Shown here piece by piece: positions 37,079 to 47,292 of a stretch of DNA of 64,000 bases. Under the pieces are notes generated by a model, which was given only the letters and a program-made list of their open reading frames with translations, was not told where the DNA came from and searched no databases. Origin of the DNA: Candidatus Omnitrophota bacterium (GTDB lineage: Bacteria > Omnitrophota > Gorgyraeia > Gygaellales > Profunditerraquicolaceae); contig JAQTQG010000003.1 in NCBI GenBank assembly GCA_028712375.1, positions 14,619 to 78,618 of the forward strand, in the 5' to 3' direction. The stretch's first letter is position 1. Every line of letters begins with the position of its first letter. A program made the translations under genes and the position numbers.

Positions 37079-38215
37079 TTAATTAAACCTGTATTCCTTT
37101 AAAAAAGCTACTAAAACCTGTGCGCCTTTATATAAATTATCTAAACAGGCATATTCATCGGCAATATGGGCGCAACCCTCTGTACCAAAGCCGGTAGCAA
37201 CCGCCGGTATGCCCAGCGCCTTAAAAAAAGTTATTACGGTTGCCCCCTCCGATCCGCTAATCTGCGGTTTAATCTTCAAACCTTTCATTGCAGAAACCAA
37301 GTTATTAACCAAAGGATGCTCGGGATCAATATAATACGGATCCTGAATTCCCTGAATTGTAATTTTATAATTTTTGGAGTGTTTGGTGATTACTTTTTTC
37401 AGGGAACGCAATATTTCTTTCTCCGAAGAGCCGGGCAAAAATCTAAAATCCAGCTCAAATTCACACCAATCACTAACCACATTCACTTTGTCTCCGCCTT
37501 TAATCGTGCCTACGTTTATAGTAGGAGCGTGTAAATATGGATTTTTGGTATATTGCTTGTGTTGGCGCTTAAGATCAACAATTATTTTAGCGGCCAGATC
37601 AATCGCATTAACCCCCAACCAGGGGTAAGCCCCATGCGCTTTTTTACCGCAGATACGTACTGTTAAATGCATCAGGCCTTTTTGCGTGACTACAATTTCA
37701 AAATCATCCGCGTCCAGGACAACCGCGACATCCGCCTTCAAAAGCTTACGCTCCAGTAAAGGTATTAGCCCTAACGCTGAACCGCTTTCTTCATCCGCAG
37801 TTGCCGCAAAGATCAAATCATAATCAAGCTGAACACCATCCTCAATTAAAGCGTTAATTGCTTCAAGCGCACTAGCCAAATTCCCCTTACAATCCGTGGC
37901 GCCCAATCCGTAAACCCGGTTACCGATAATCTTAGCTTTTAATGCCGGGGTTTTCCAGCTGGCACCGGCCGGAACAGTATCTAAATGCGGAGTAAGTAAA
38001 ACTGACCTTGTGTGTTTTCTGCCTCCCAGGGTGGCCACGACATTAACCCGCTTGCTGCTGAAAGTATAAGTTTTAATCTTTAACCCTAAGTCCTTTAAAT
38101 AGCTGCTTACAAACCCGGCAATTTCACGTTCATCTCCGGGAGGATTTTGAGAATCCAAAGAGATTAATCTTTGAATGGTCTGGATCAGCCTTTTTTTGTT
38201 GACCATAACGGACAA
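37079..38215 (-). CDS. M20-family metallopeptidase (ArgE/DapE-like)
   Basis: LLTPHLDTVPAG, GLGATDCKGNLA, DADDFEIVVTQKG. Confidence 0.65.
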   Translation of the reverse strand: MSVMVNKKRLIQTIQRLISLDSQNPPGDEREIAGFVSSYLKDLGLKIKTYTFSSKRVNVVATLGGRKHTRSVLLTPHLDTVPAGASWKTPALKAKIIGNRVYGLGATDCKGNLASALEAINALIEDGVQLDYDLIFAATADEESGSALGLIPLLERKLLKADVAVVLDADDFEIVVTQKGLMHLTVRICGKKAHGAYPWLGVNAIDLAAKIIVDLKRQHKQYTKNPYLHAPTINVGTIKGGDKVNVVSDWCEFELDFRFLPGSSEKEILRSLKKVITKHSKNYKITIQGIQDPYYIDPEHPLVNNLVSAMKGLKIKPQISGSEGATVITFFKALGIPAVATGFGTEGCAHIADEYACLDNLYKGAQVLVAFLKEYRFN

Positions 38216-38832
38216 ACCTCACATTTAGGATTTTGCTTACGGCAATAATCCTTGCCCAATTTTACTAACAGTGCATGATATTCACCGAACATCCCTGCGT
38301 TCTTGCTAAGGTTGCGCATAAAAATATCCTGTAGCTGCGCATAGCCTGCTTTGGCATCAACCAATCCGTGCCGGGATAGTATTCTTTTAGTGTAAGTATC
38401 GACGACGAATACCGGTTTCTTAAACGCATAAAGCAATATAGAATCGGCGGTCTCCGGCCCGATTCCTTTAACAGACAACAGTTGCGCGCGTAAAGATTTA
38501 AGTTCCTGCTTACTTATAAGTTTTACCTTACCCGCATAATAATCAAAGAAAAATTTAAGAAAATTTTTAATCCTCGCCGCTTTAACATTATAACACCCTG
38601 CACTTTTAATTAAACCGGCAAGTTTGCCTTGCGGTAATTTATAAAGCCGGGAAGCATCTAAAAGTTTTTTTGCTTTAAGGCTTAGGATTGCTTTTTCAAC
38701 ATTAGACCAACTGGTATTCTGAGTAAGAATTGCTCCTACAATAACCTCAAAAACGCTATCCGCCGGCCACCAATATTGCGGTCCAAAAACAGCATAAAGC
38801 CGCTTGAATATATTTCCTAACCTGCGTTTCAT
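38185..38832 (-). CDS. HhH-GPD base-excision DNA glycosylase (endonuclease III-like) with [4Fe-4S] loop
   Basis: EVIVGAILTQNTSWSNVEKA, GIGPETADSILLYAF, C-terminal CRKQNPKCEVCPL. Confidence 0.65.
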   Translation of the reverse strand: MKRRLGNIFKRLYAVFGPQYWWPADSVFEVIVGAILTQNTSWSNVEKAILSLKAKKLLDASRLYKLPQGKLAGLIKSAGCYNVKAARIKNFLKFFFDYYAGKVKLISKQELKSLRAQLLSVKGIGPETADSILLYAFKKPVFVVDTYTKRILSRHGLVDAKAGYAQLQDIFMRNLSKNAGMFGEYHALLVKLGKDYCRKQNPKCEVCPLWSTKKG

Positions 38833-40766
38833 TCCTTCAGTTCTAAAGGATTAAAACCATAATAGGCAAACAGAGTATAGGCTGTGCCCGACACTGAACC
38901 GGTATGGCTGCCCTTGGGAGTCGACCAGCCATGGCCGGTATCTACCTGATCCAAAGTAGCATAGGGCAAACAACCTTGGCCTTGGCCGGAAGGAGAAGAA
39001 CTGGAAATAATCATATTCCCTAACTCGCTCAGATACATTTGGGCTTTCCGGCCATAACTAGCAGCCTTAGCCTTATCCCCTTTTTTTAAATAAAATTCTT
39101 CCATAATTTTATAAGAAACCACCATTTGCGCTGTCCATTCCGAAGAGACTACTCCTCCGCGGGAGGTATGGCGCTGCGGGGCAAAATCAAATCCTTTTAT
39201 TTTCACGCTCTGAGAATTTGTGCGCATAAAATCAACTTCTACGCGGCAATTCTCTTCTACAAATTCTAAGATCTTATCCGGATCCATACCTAAAGACAAT
39301 AATTTTTCCGGCCCTAAAGCAGCAATGCTCCAAGCATAAGTGTCAGTGGCAATGGTCGAGTCCCCCTTACCCCGTTTAACCGGTAGCTCCGGGCGACCAT
39401 AAGTATATTTAACCATCCAATCTACAGCTTTCTGCGCGGCCTGAGAATATTTTTCCTTTCCCGTAACCTGTGCCAACATATTAAAAAAAGCGTAAGCATC
39501 CAGGTTGTGCTCTGTAGCATACCAACTCATTGTCGGGCCGCCCCGGATACCGCCTTCGGCGTCCTGATTTTGTAAATCAATAATTGATTGGGCAATACTT
39601 TCAGCTAATTCCAGATAAGCCTGATTTTTAGCAAATTGCATATACTGCATCGCCGCCAAACCTACCCAAAGATTCGGACCGCTATGCAGGATAAATTCTG
39701 CCGGAGCGCCATCATCCACATAGTAAGCATTAAGAAACCAGCCGTTTTCTCTTTTGGCATTGTGAGCAAAAAAATCTAAAATTTTACGGGCGCGCTCAAA
39801 ATCCCCAAACCTGGAATAAGCTTGGGCTAACAACGCCAAATCATAGGTAAATGACCAATTGGCAATTTCCTTATCTCCCTCAAAACTAGCCACCAGCCCC
39901 GTACGGCTATTCTGATGAATTTTAAGCCATTGGTACATCTTATCAAAGTTGGCTTTCTCTAAAACTACTTTCTGTTCATCCAGGTGGGTTAATTCTTTAG
40001 CCGCGACATTCTCGTTACGCACCGCCGCCGCCAATTTATTTTCCAACAATAGTTTTTCTTCAGACAATCTGGCAATCAAGCCATTCAGCTGTTTGATCTG
40101 CTCCAGGTCACCTGCTTGGATTTGTTCCTTCTGAAACTGCACAGACTTAATCTGCTCCTGAAGCCTTCTTAGTTTCGCGGCAAAACTTTTACGCTGGGTA
40201 GCGATATTAGTTATTTTTTGTTTAGTCTGGCTGGAATCTTTTAATACTGTCGCCAGCTTTTCAATAAGCAATTTATTGCCCTGGGTCAATTTGAAATTTA
40301 AATAGCTGTTAACGCCCAGGCCTGCGCCCAGGATAATAACCAGCGCTAAAGCCGCCGGGACAAAAAGTTTTTTAAACCACGCATAACGCATAAGTTTATT
40401 ATTTAGCCTGGCCGGGATAGAATCATAATTTACTCCCACCAAATACTGGTGTTTATCCCCAAAAATATCTTTGGCCCAGACTATGCTGGCACGCGCACAG
40501 ATAGGCTTGCGGCTGATAGGAATATCAATTTCCAGCGACAGCTTGACATACTTTTTCTTGAATAATTCAAATAATTCCGGATCAAGATTGTTAATTGCCA
40601 GGCAGATCCCGCCGCGGCTGATATTGTTCGTAAACCCCTGTATCCAGCCGGAAAGAAATACATCCCCTTGCGGCTCCTGTAGCCTAAACTGCACCGGAAA
40701 GACAGTATCCAAACGCAGGTATTTGCGATGTTCGGCCGGGATTGATTTTTTATTTTTGAATAACAT
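38829..40766 (-). CDS. PilZ-domain protein fused (via TM + coiled coil) to an (alpha/alpha)6 glycoside-hydrolase-like domain
   Basis: HRKYLRL…NNISRGGICL (PilZ RxxxR/DxSxGG-like). Hydrophobic segment. Long coiled coil. C-terminal domain of W/Y-rich helices. Confidence 0.5.
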   Translation of the reverse strand: MLFKNKKSIPAEHRKYLRLDTVFPVQFRLQEPQGDVFLSGWIQGFTNNISRGGICLAINNLDPELFELFKKKYVKLSLEIDIPISRKPICARASIVWAKDIFGDKHQYLVGVNYDSIPARLNNKLMRYAWFKKLFVPAALALVIILGAGLGVNSYLNFKLTQGNKLLIEKLATVLKDSSQTKQKITNIATQRKSFAAKLRRLQEQIKSVQFQKEQIQAGDLEQIKQLNGLIARLSEEKLLLENKLAAAVRNENVAAKELTHLDEQKVVLEKANFDKMYQWLKIHQNSRTGLVASFEGDKEIANWSFTYDLALLAQAYSRFGDFERARKILDFFAHNAKRENGWFLNAYYVDDGAPAEFILHSGPNLWVGLAAMQYMQFAKNQAYLELAESIAQSIIDLQNQDAEGGIRGGPTMSWYATEHNLDAYAFFNMLAQVTGKEKYSQAAQKAVDWMVKYTYGRPELPVKRGKGDSTIATDTYAWSIAALGPEKLLSLGMDPDKILEFVEENCRVEVDFMRTNSQSVKIKGFDFAPQRHTSRGGVVSSEWTAQMVVSYKIMEEFYLKKGDKAKAASYGRKAQMYLSELGNMIISSSSPSGQGQGCLPYATLDQVDTGHGWSTPKGSHTGSVSGTAYTLFAYYGFNPLELKE

Positions 40767-40841
40767 TTTTATTCCTAAGTTAAAGACTCTTTAAAGTTAT
40801 ATTTTATAACAAATACCCGTTCTGGCAAACTTAAAATATGA

Positions 40842-41663
40842 TTAAGCAATTTCAAAACTTATAATATTATCCAGGCGGAAAATACGCTGCTCTTTTTTTA
40901 AACAGCAGTAAGCAACTAAATACATATATTTGTTATCTTGCCTGATTTCCTGCGGGATAACTTCACGCAATGAAAGTTGCCCGTTTTGGCTCGAAATGTA
41001 GGATAACTTTAAAACTCCTTTGGACTGTATGCACTGTTTAATCAAAGTAATTTTTCCCGGAGTGGAACTTTCCGGTGCTGCCGGATTAAAAGCAAAAAAC
41101 TTAGCAAAATCAGCAAAGCTGATAATTCCTCTTTGTTGACAAATAGTTTTCAGTTTACTAAAAACTTCCCAGGTCATTTCCACGTCAGCGAAAGCCCGGT
41201 GTTTTTGGGTTAATTTCACTTCCAGTTTCTGAGCGACAGACCAAAGCGCATAACGCGGCAGGCCGGGTAAAAGTTTTCTCGCCATCGTTAAAACATCAAA
41301 CACCACAAAACCGGTGATTGCGGAGGCGCCCAATAACTTAAGTTCACTATTTAAAAAACTTAAATCAAATTCCGCATTGTAAGAACAAAGGCAGCTGCCT
41401 TGGATAAACTCCAGAAATTTTGGCATCACTGTGCCTATACCGGGAGCATCTTTGAGCATCTCCGGGGTAATTTTATTTACCGCAAAAGCCCCCGCAGAAA
41501 TCGGTCTTCCGGGATTAACCAAAACATCAAATTCTCCCAGTCTTTGCGCGCCCCTCACCCTTAAACCGGCTAACTCCACAATCCTGTCTCCCGAAACAGC
41601 GGTAAGCCCGGTGGTTTCTGTATCAAAAATAGTAAACTCTACCTCTTCAATGTTTTCGGTCAT
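40842..41663 (-). CDS. DEDDh 3'-5' exonuclease (DnaQ-like) fused to a C-terminal WYL domain
   Basis: FTIFDTETTGL (Exo I), HRAFADVEMT (Exo III). C-terminus YMYLVAYCCLKKEQRIFRLDNIISFE (WYL signature). Confidence 0.65.
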   Translation of the reverse strand: MTENIEEVEFTIFDTETTGLTAVSGDRIVELAGLRVRGAQRLGEFDVLVNPGRPISAGAFAVNKITPEMLKDAPGIGTVMPKFLEFIQGSCLCSYNAEFDLSFLNSELKLLGASAITGFVVFDVLTMARKLLPGLPRYALWSVAQKLEVKLTQKHRAFADVEMTWEVFSKLKTICQQRGIISFADFAKFFAFNPAAPESSTPGKITLIKQCIQSKGVLKLSYISSQNGQLSLREVIPQEIRQDNKYMYLVAYCCLKKEQRIFRLDNIISFEIA

Positions 41664-42552
41664 CTTTGGTAACGATATAAGCTGGTACTAAACGTTCGGG
41701 TTTATAAGCAAGCTTGGTTTTACGTAAATTTTCTATCCCGGAATCATCCATAATATTAATATATTTATAAAACTTTAGTTCCTGCGCAAACTGGCGAAAA
41801 ATAAATTGCGCCAATCCTTTAACCCCCAGGTCTGCTATCTCATAAAGTATGCAAAAAGTATCGGAATTTAATTTATAACCGAAACTAAAAGCTTTTATTT
41901 CTTTATTCACCCTGACCGCAATCCCCTCTAAGTTCAATTGTTTATAATTAACCAGCACATCCTTGATTATTTTGCGGTTGTCTTCAAGCATACCACAATA
42001 AACATCATCCTGGCTATGTTCTTTGCGCTCTTTAGCCCAGGAATCAAATAAGCTTAAGCAGCCAGCCCTATCCGGCAGGCGTAAAATATGCCAATCATAA
42101 CTATAATGTTTAATAAAATAATTGTACGCGGCGCGCTGAGATTTAAATTTATTCCCCCTCAACAGCGCTAAATCGTTGCGCCGGCAAAGATAGTCCGGGT
42201 ATTTCTCCCGGCATAAATATCCTAAAGAACGATAATAAGCCAAATCCTGTTGCTGAACATTCTCAATACGCGAGATATCCTTATTTTTATTAATCTCATC
42301 CATGATTTTAAAAGCCTGCTGGATGACGGCTGGCTGGAGCTGTGTTGTCAGCGGGGGCAGGCACATAAAACACCCGACGGGGTCATGAAAAAATACACAC
42401 AGGCTTTTTTGGATAATCGCCCACCGGATATCATAGAGTGGGCGCCAGATATAAATATTCGTAAAAGAAAATGCTGCCAGCTGGCAAAAAACCCGGCCAA
42501 GATATTGATCAAATATTTTTTTGTCGCTTAAAGATATTTTATTCAGCTTCAT
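41647..42552 (-). CDS. DUF2156-like (MprF C-terminal / GNAT-like) protein
   Basis: Weak pattern similarity only. Confidence 0.3.
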   Translation of the reverse strand: MKLNKISLSDKKIFDQYLGRVFCQLAAFSFTNIYIWRPLYDIRWAIIQKSLCVFFHDPVGCFMCLPPLTTQLQPAVIQQAFKIMDEINKNKDISRIENVQQQDLAYYRSLGYLCREKYPDYLCRRNDLALLRGNKFKSQRAAYNYFIKHYSYDWHILRLPDRAGCLSLFDSWAKERKEHSQDDVYCGMLEDNRKIIKDVLVNYKQLNLEGIAVRVNKEIKAFSFGYKLNSDTFCILYEIADLGVKGLAQFIFRQFAQELKFYKYINIMDDSGIENLRKTKLAYKPERLVPAYIVTKDDRKH

Positions 42553-43048
42553 CTGGCAAACTTAATTCCGCAACTTCCCTAACCTCCTCATAAGCCTGAA
42601 TAATCTGAGGATTATCTTTAAGCATTGAGCGCAACGCAGCAGAATTAAGATGTTTCGTCAGATAGGCAATATAATCTTTAGCCTCCTGGCTGTTTATCCT
42701 CTCGTATACGTAGGGACAATTTAAATCTACGGTTAATAAAACTTTCCCTCTGCGTAAATTAATCAAAAACGGGTAAAGCTGGCATTCAAACGGCCGGATA
42801 CTATAAATTTTACATTTGTTATCCGGAATCCCCAAAAACGGGCAGATAAAATCTCCTCCGTCGGGATTAGCGATCGGCTGAAGCCTCCGGTCAAGAGTAA
42901 TTGAAGCCGCCGGAACACCCGGTTTATCTGCCAAATCCTGAACTTCTTCATCCAACAGGCAGGGGCTCCACACTGAATTTTCCTCTTTAAACCGGCAGCA
43001 ACCGCGGCATTTAATACAAAACTCCTGCGGTACAAATTGTTTAATCAT
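42539..43048 (-). CDS. YkgJ/UPF0153-family Cys-cluster protein
   Basis: CIKCRGCCRF … CPFL … CKIY pattern. Confidence 0.5.
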   Translation of the reverse strand: MIKQFVPQEFCIKCRGCCRFKEENSVWSPCLLDEEVQDLADKPGVPAASITLDRRLQPIANPDGGDFICPFLGIPDNKCKIYSIRPFECQLYPFLINLRRGKVLLTVDLNCPYVYERINSQEAKDYIAYLTKHLNSAALRSMLKDNPQIIQAYEEVREVAELSLPDEAE

Positions 43049-43365
43049 TTAACGATACTCCCTAATCTCAGAGTTTTTTCCGGGCTGATAACTGCCAGAG
43101 CATTCTCGTCAGATCCCGCCAAAATCATTCCCTGGCTTTCTACCCCCCGCAAAATTACCGGATCAAGATTATCCACCAAGACCACCTGTTTACCGACCAG
43201 CTCCTCTTTAGCGTAATAATTCTTAATTCCTGCCACCACCTGCTTCTGCCGATCGCCTAAATCCAGTGTTAAAACTACTAATTTATCTGCATTCGGATGG
43301 TCGTTAACCTCTTTAATCTGAGCAATCCTCAATTCTAACTTTCTAAAATCATCAATGGTTGCCAC
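43045..43365 (-). CDS. csaA: tRNA-binding protein (CsaA/Trbp111-type domain)
   Basis: LELRIAQIKEVNDHPNADKLVVLTLDLGDRQKQVVAGIKNYY…ESQGMILA. Confidence 0.7.
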   Translation of the reverse strand: MATIDDFRKLELRIAQIKEVNDHPNADKLVVLTLDLGDRQKQVVAGIKNYYAKEELVGKQVVLVDNLDPVILRGVESQGMILAGSDENALAVISPEKTLRLGSIVK

Positions 43366-43543
43366 TTTATCCTCCTTATCTATCTATACAACATGCGCCA
43401 CAAGACGCATACCGGAGTAATTTCTATATACTCCGGGTGCCCACGCAATTTTCGCCGCCTGGCGAATACAGCGCAATTCCTATTCGCGTTAGATATAGAA
43501 TAACACCGGATACCTTGGCGGAACTTGTTTAGCATCAGGCTTA

Positions 43544-45055
43544 TTAAAACGTTACCTCCACATAAAACTCAAGCTGGTAAGCATTGTTCGCCTGGCCATC
43601 ACCCCGCACGTATGGACTAAAGGGGCTTCCGTCTGTATCATCGCGCTTTTCTTTATAATACTTTCCAGGAACAAAGATCCCGCCTAAAAAACCCAGGTTA
43701 ATATGCTCAGTTGCTTTGTAGTCCACAAATACATCTGCTTCAACCCCTAAATCAGGTGAAAGATACCGCGCTTCTCCGTCCAAAGTCCCTACCGGGCGGT
43801 TAAATGCCCTCAGATAGTATCCATACAGACTTACGCAAAGCTTATCGGTAACATTATAATCAAAGCCTACCGAGGGCATAATCAAATCTTCGAAATCTCC
43901 GGGAGAAAATGTCCCGGGCCGGGGCACTCCATAATTTAACCCGTATCCTCCCCCCATAGTTATAATCGGCAACATACTCACATTACTGCTGCTTACCGCA
44001 TCCCCTAAATTTCTGTTTGTAGGAGAAGCATAGCTAAAAGCCCGGTTCTTTCCTGAAACATAAAGCTCATCCGGTTTCCCGGCCATCTCCAAAGTTGCCT
44101 TGTTCCCGGAACAGAATAAAAATTGCAATTCCGGAACAAGCTTTCCTAAAACATAATCGAACCCGGAATAAAACATATAACCGGTATGCTCAATGTTTTT
44201 ATACTCGCTATCCTGGGTATGCGCATACCCAAAGTTGCGCGCTGCCTCCAGCTTTAAAGTAAATTTATCCGCCGCATATTCCCAAGCGGTGCCCAAAGTC
44301 CCCAGCAAATCCCGGTTTATCGGAGCAGCATAAAGATTATCTCTTTTGCCATTAGAGGTATAATCTGCCAGCATGCCAACATAAGGCCAGAATGTCTGAT
44401 TTCCTGCGGTAATTTTAACGTCGGTGGCAAAAAAATTGGCCGCATTCGGTTCGTATTTCTGCCCCTGCTCCCTTTCCTGTTGAATACGCGGGCCCAAATA
44501 ATATTTATAAGCTAAATCCGGCCGGCAATAATACAGGCGCCAAAAAATATTTTTTGCCTGATAATACACAGTAGCGCCGTAATTTTCATAACCGCCGTTA
44601 AGGCTAAAACCATTGCCTACTTCATAAATATACAACCCGGTCTTTAAGCCAAAATTACCCCAAAGCTTATTATCCAGCCAGGCTTCTTCAACTTGTGGGA
44701 ATAATTCTGCATTACGGTATTTTTCTATCCTGCCTCCGGAGGTAATCAGGGTGTTGTGAATAAAAAGCGGGGCATCATAATCATAAGGCCCATTACGCTC
44801 AAGCTTAATATAAAACTTGTTCCCGGAATCTTTAAAATCAGCATCCAGAGCAAAACTATAATCAATCCCTAAATAAGTAGTTTGATCGTCTTTATTGTGG
44901 CTATCCAAATCCACAACATTCTTCAGGGTCACTAAGTCCGTGCGGAAATAGGAGTTAAGTTGCAGCGTTAACTGATCGGTATTTAGTAATTCATAGCCGT
45001 GTGCCGCCGGAATAAAAGAGAAAGCTAAAAACATAAAGAGACAAACTATTTTCAC
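43544..45055 (-). CDS. Outer-membrane beta-barrel protein (putative porin)
   Basis: Signal peptide. Alternating amphipathic strands rich in Y/G/N. C-terminal YVEVTF with terminal Phe. Confidence 0.5.
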   Translation of the reverse strand: MKIVCLFMFLAFSFIPAAHGYELLNTDQLTLQLNSYFRTDLVTLKNVVDLDSHNKDDQTTYLGIDYSFALDADFKDSGNKFYIKLERNGPYDYDAPLFIHNTLITSGGRIEKYRNAELFPQVEEAWLDNKLWGNFGLKTGLYIYEVGNGFSLNGGYENYGATVYYQAKNIFWRLYYCRPDLAYKYYLGPRIQQEREQGQKYEPNAANFFATDVKITAGNQTFWPYVGMLADYTSNGKRDNLYAAPINRDLLGTLGTAWEYAADKFTLKLEAARNFGYAHTQDSEYKNIEHTGYMFYSGFDYVLGKLVPELQFLFCSGNKATLEMAGKPDELYVSGKNRAFSYASPTNRNLGDAVSSSNVSMLPIITMGGGYGLNYGVPRPGTFSPGDFEDLIMPSVGFDYNVTDKLCVSLYGYYLRAFNRPVGTLDGEARYLSPDLGVEADVFVDYKATEHINLGFLGGIFVPGKYYKEKRDDTDGSPFSPYVRGDGQANNAYQLEFYVEVTF

Positions 45056-45211
45056 AATTTTCTCTCCTTGCTACAATCGCCTTAATGAAAAACTAATGCC
45101 ATAGTAACACCGGGAAATAAAAAACTCAAGGCAAATCAAAATTATACCTGTAAACCGGGGAAATTCCGGGCATAAAAAACGCCATAAGTAAATTATGGCG
45201 TTTATTTATAT

Positions 45212-45290
45212 TGGCGGGGCCGACGAGATTCGGACTCGCGATCTCCTCCGTGACAGGGAGGCGCTTTAAGCCAGGCTAAGCTACGACCCC
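45212..45290 (-). tRNA. tRNA-Asp (anticodon GTC), CCA encoded
   Basis: Reverse complement GGGGTCGTAGCTTAGCCTGGCTTAAAGCGCCTCCCTGTCACGGAGGAGATCGCGAGTCCGAATCTCGTCGGCCCCGCCA folds as a cloverleaf. Anticodon loop CTGTCAC. Confidence 0.8.
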
Positions 45291-45390
45291 AATATTGGTC
45301 AATAATACCTTAAGTTTATATATTGTATGTAAATTCCGAACAAATGCAACAATTTCTTCTCAGCTACACACCATCGGATGAGAATTAAAA

Positions 45391-45464
45391 TGGGCGATAG
45401 AGGAGTTGAACCCCTGACCTTCTGAATGTAAATCAGACGCTCTAACCAACTGAGCTAATCGCCC
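45391..45464 (-). tRNA. tRNA-Val (anticodon TAC)
   Basis: Reverse complement GGGCGATTAGCTCAGTTGGTTAGAGCGTCTGATTTACATTCAGAAGGTCAGGGGTTCAACTCCTCTATCGCCCA. Anticodon loop TTTACAT. Confidence 0.8.
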
Positions 45465-45794
45465 GTAAATTTAGGTTACTTTTCCCTACGATTAGCGTGT
45501 CCGCCAAAGCATTATGGCGGAGAGCTGATCGCCCAACAATCCCAATTTTACCTATTTCTACGATTAAATCACCTTGGCCGCGTTTTTATCATTACAAACA
45601 AATAAAATAAGGTTCGTTTTCGAGGCTGTAGGCCTTAAGCTCCAGAAGTGAAATCAACTATACCAGATTTACTAACCTCTGTAAAGCAAGATTTCGCAAT
45701 TTGATCAAATCACCAAATCAATGAATATTACACAGGGATACCCGTCCACATGGTTACTTAATAACTGATTACTTAAAAGGGGCATAACGACGCT

Positions 45795-47261
45795 TTACTG
45801 TCCGAATACTTCTTTAAGAATTACATCTGCGGCGTGCTGCGCCAGCAGCTGATTGCCCTTGTCCGTGCAATGCCCGAAATCTCCGGCAAAACTGTCCTTA
45901 AATAACGCCGCATAACCGTTACCATGTAAAGCATCTTTAAACACCTTCTCATTATCAATAAAAAGAATCCCCTCGCAATCCGGAAAAATATCTTTTAACG
46001 GTTTTACACTGCGCACAGGGTATTGCATACAAGCCAGCTTTATGCCTCTTTTATCTAAAACACTCCTGAGCTTTAAATAATTACTTCTGGTGGTGGGATT
46101 ATAATACTGCATTCTTAACCTGTTCGATTCCTTATAATACCGGTCTGCAAATTTGCCTTCTCCGGACTGGCTGTAAAAAGCCCCCAGCATACCATACAAA
46201 TAATCGCTCTTTAAACCTTTATCCAAATACTTATTCAATAAATTTTCTATTTCGGAGTATTTACCCTGGCAGCGATAAACTAGGATTAACTCTGCAACTA
46301 TCTGCAGGTCATCCGGATTTATTTTCAAAGCCTTATTAAATAAATCTTCGGCTAAAGAGTACTTCTGCCTGAGACGGTAACCAATTGCCATCCAATAATA
46401 TGCGTCTGCGTTTGAAGGGTTTACCTTGATGGCTTCCTTAAAAAAATCCTCTGACTGCGAAAAATATTTATAATCCCAATATAATTTTATAAGAAGCCCG
46501 TAAGCGGCATTATTCCGGGGATTAATCGCAATAGCTTTTTTAAATGAAGATTCGGCATCCGCAAATCTACCGGCTATCGAATATAGTTCCGCATCCTCAA
46601 CATACTCTTCATCATTTTTTAAGCCGAGACCGGGGGCGTTTTCCTCGGGAATAGGGGCAGCATAAACCATATTTAAGCAGATTTTCGAAAAATAGTTCTG
46701 CTTTCTGTGAAAAGCGGCCTGGCTTGTTTTTAATTTATGCGGTTCTTTTCTCTTGAATTTATTCTGCGCATGCAGATAAATAAGCCGGGCTAATTTATAT
46801 ACCTTAAAAGACTCCAAAAAAGACAAGGCCTTGGCGCTTACCCTGTTTTCCCAAAATACACGTTCCCCCCCGTCATTTATTCCCATCATAGCAATAACCA
46901 TTTGCGGTTTATATTTATCCAGGTTTGCTTCTAATTTTGAAACTATAGTTTTCGTATTAAAACCTGCCGCACCATCATCGATAACACTAAATTTAATTCC
47001 AATATTGCTCCGGTTCAAGGCTTCTTCCAGAAAACGGGGGTATTGCCCGCCGGTAGTAGATTCCCCCAGGCAAAGAATACGGTAGGTACCTTTTTGTTTG
47101 ATTGATTGCAGATTCCGGTATTCCTGTATAGACGACAGGATGGCTCCGCCCAAACGCAGGCCGGCTTCCAGGGCCAAGATAAACAAAAACAGCCCGAATA
47201 ATATCAGGGCTATTTTTTGTTTAAGCGGGATCTTAAAAAGTAAGGGCTTACTTGCTGCCAT
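45795..47261 (-). CDS. TM-anchored SGNH/GDSL-like hydrolase with inserted TPR repeats (paralog A)
   Basis: YRILCLGESTTGG (block I). TPR units. C-terminal FAGDFGHCT (DxxH block). Confidence 0.5.
   Translation of the reverse strand: MAASKPLLFKIPLKQKIALILFGLFLFILALEAGLRLGGAILSSIQEYRNLQSIKQKGTYRILCLGESTTGGQYPRFLEEALNRSNIGIKFSVIDDGAAGFNTKTIVSKLEANLDKYKPQMVIAMMGINDGGERVFWENRVSAKALSFLESFKVYKLARLIYLHAQNKFKRKEPHKLKTSQAAFHRKQNYFSKICLNMVYAAPIPEENAPGLGLKNDEEYVEDAELYSIAGRFADAESSFKKAIAINPRNNAAYGLLIKLYWDYKYFSQSEDFFKEAIKVNPSNADAYYWMAIGYRLRQKYSLAEDLFNKALKINPDDLQIVAELILVYRCQGKYSEIENLLNKYLDKGLKSDYLYGMLGAFYSQSGEGKFADRYYKESNRLRMQYYNPTTRSNYLKLRSVLDKRGIKLACMQYPVRSVKPLKDIFPDCEGILFIDNEKVFKDALHGNGYAALFKDSFAGDFGHCTDKGNQLLAQHAADVILKEVFGQ
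46996..47232. repeat. 237-bp perfect direct repeat, copy 1 (5' coding end of paralog A)
   Basis: Line-by-line identity with 48617-48853. Confidence 0.85.
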
Positions 47262-47292
47262 ATGATTAAAAACTCAAATGCAACTTATTTAA

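Noticed and set aside
45480-45560. Third tRNA next to tRNA-Val
   Set aside because: Hairpin ccgccaaagcattatggcgg present but no acceptor, D or T arms can be built. Likely a terminator or processing hairpin.
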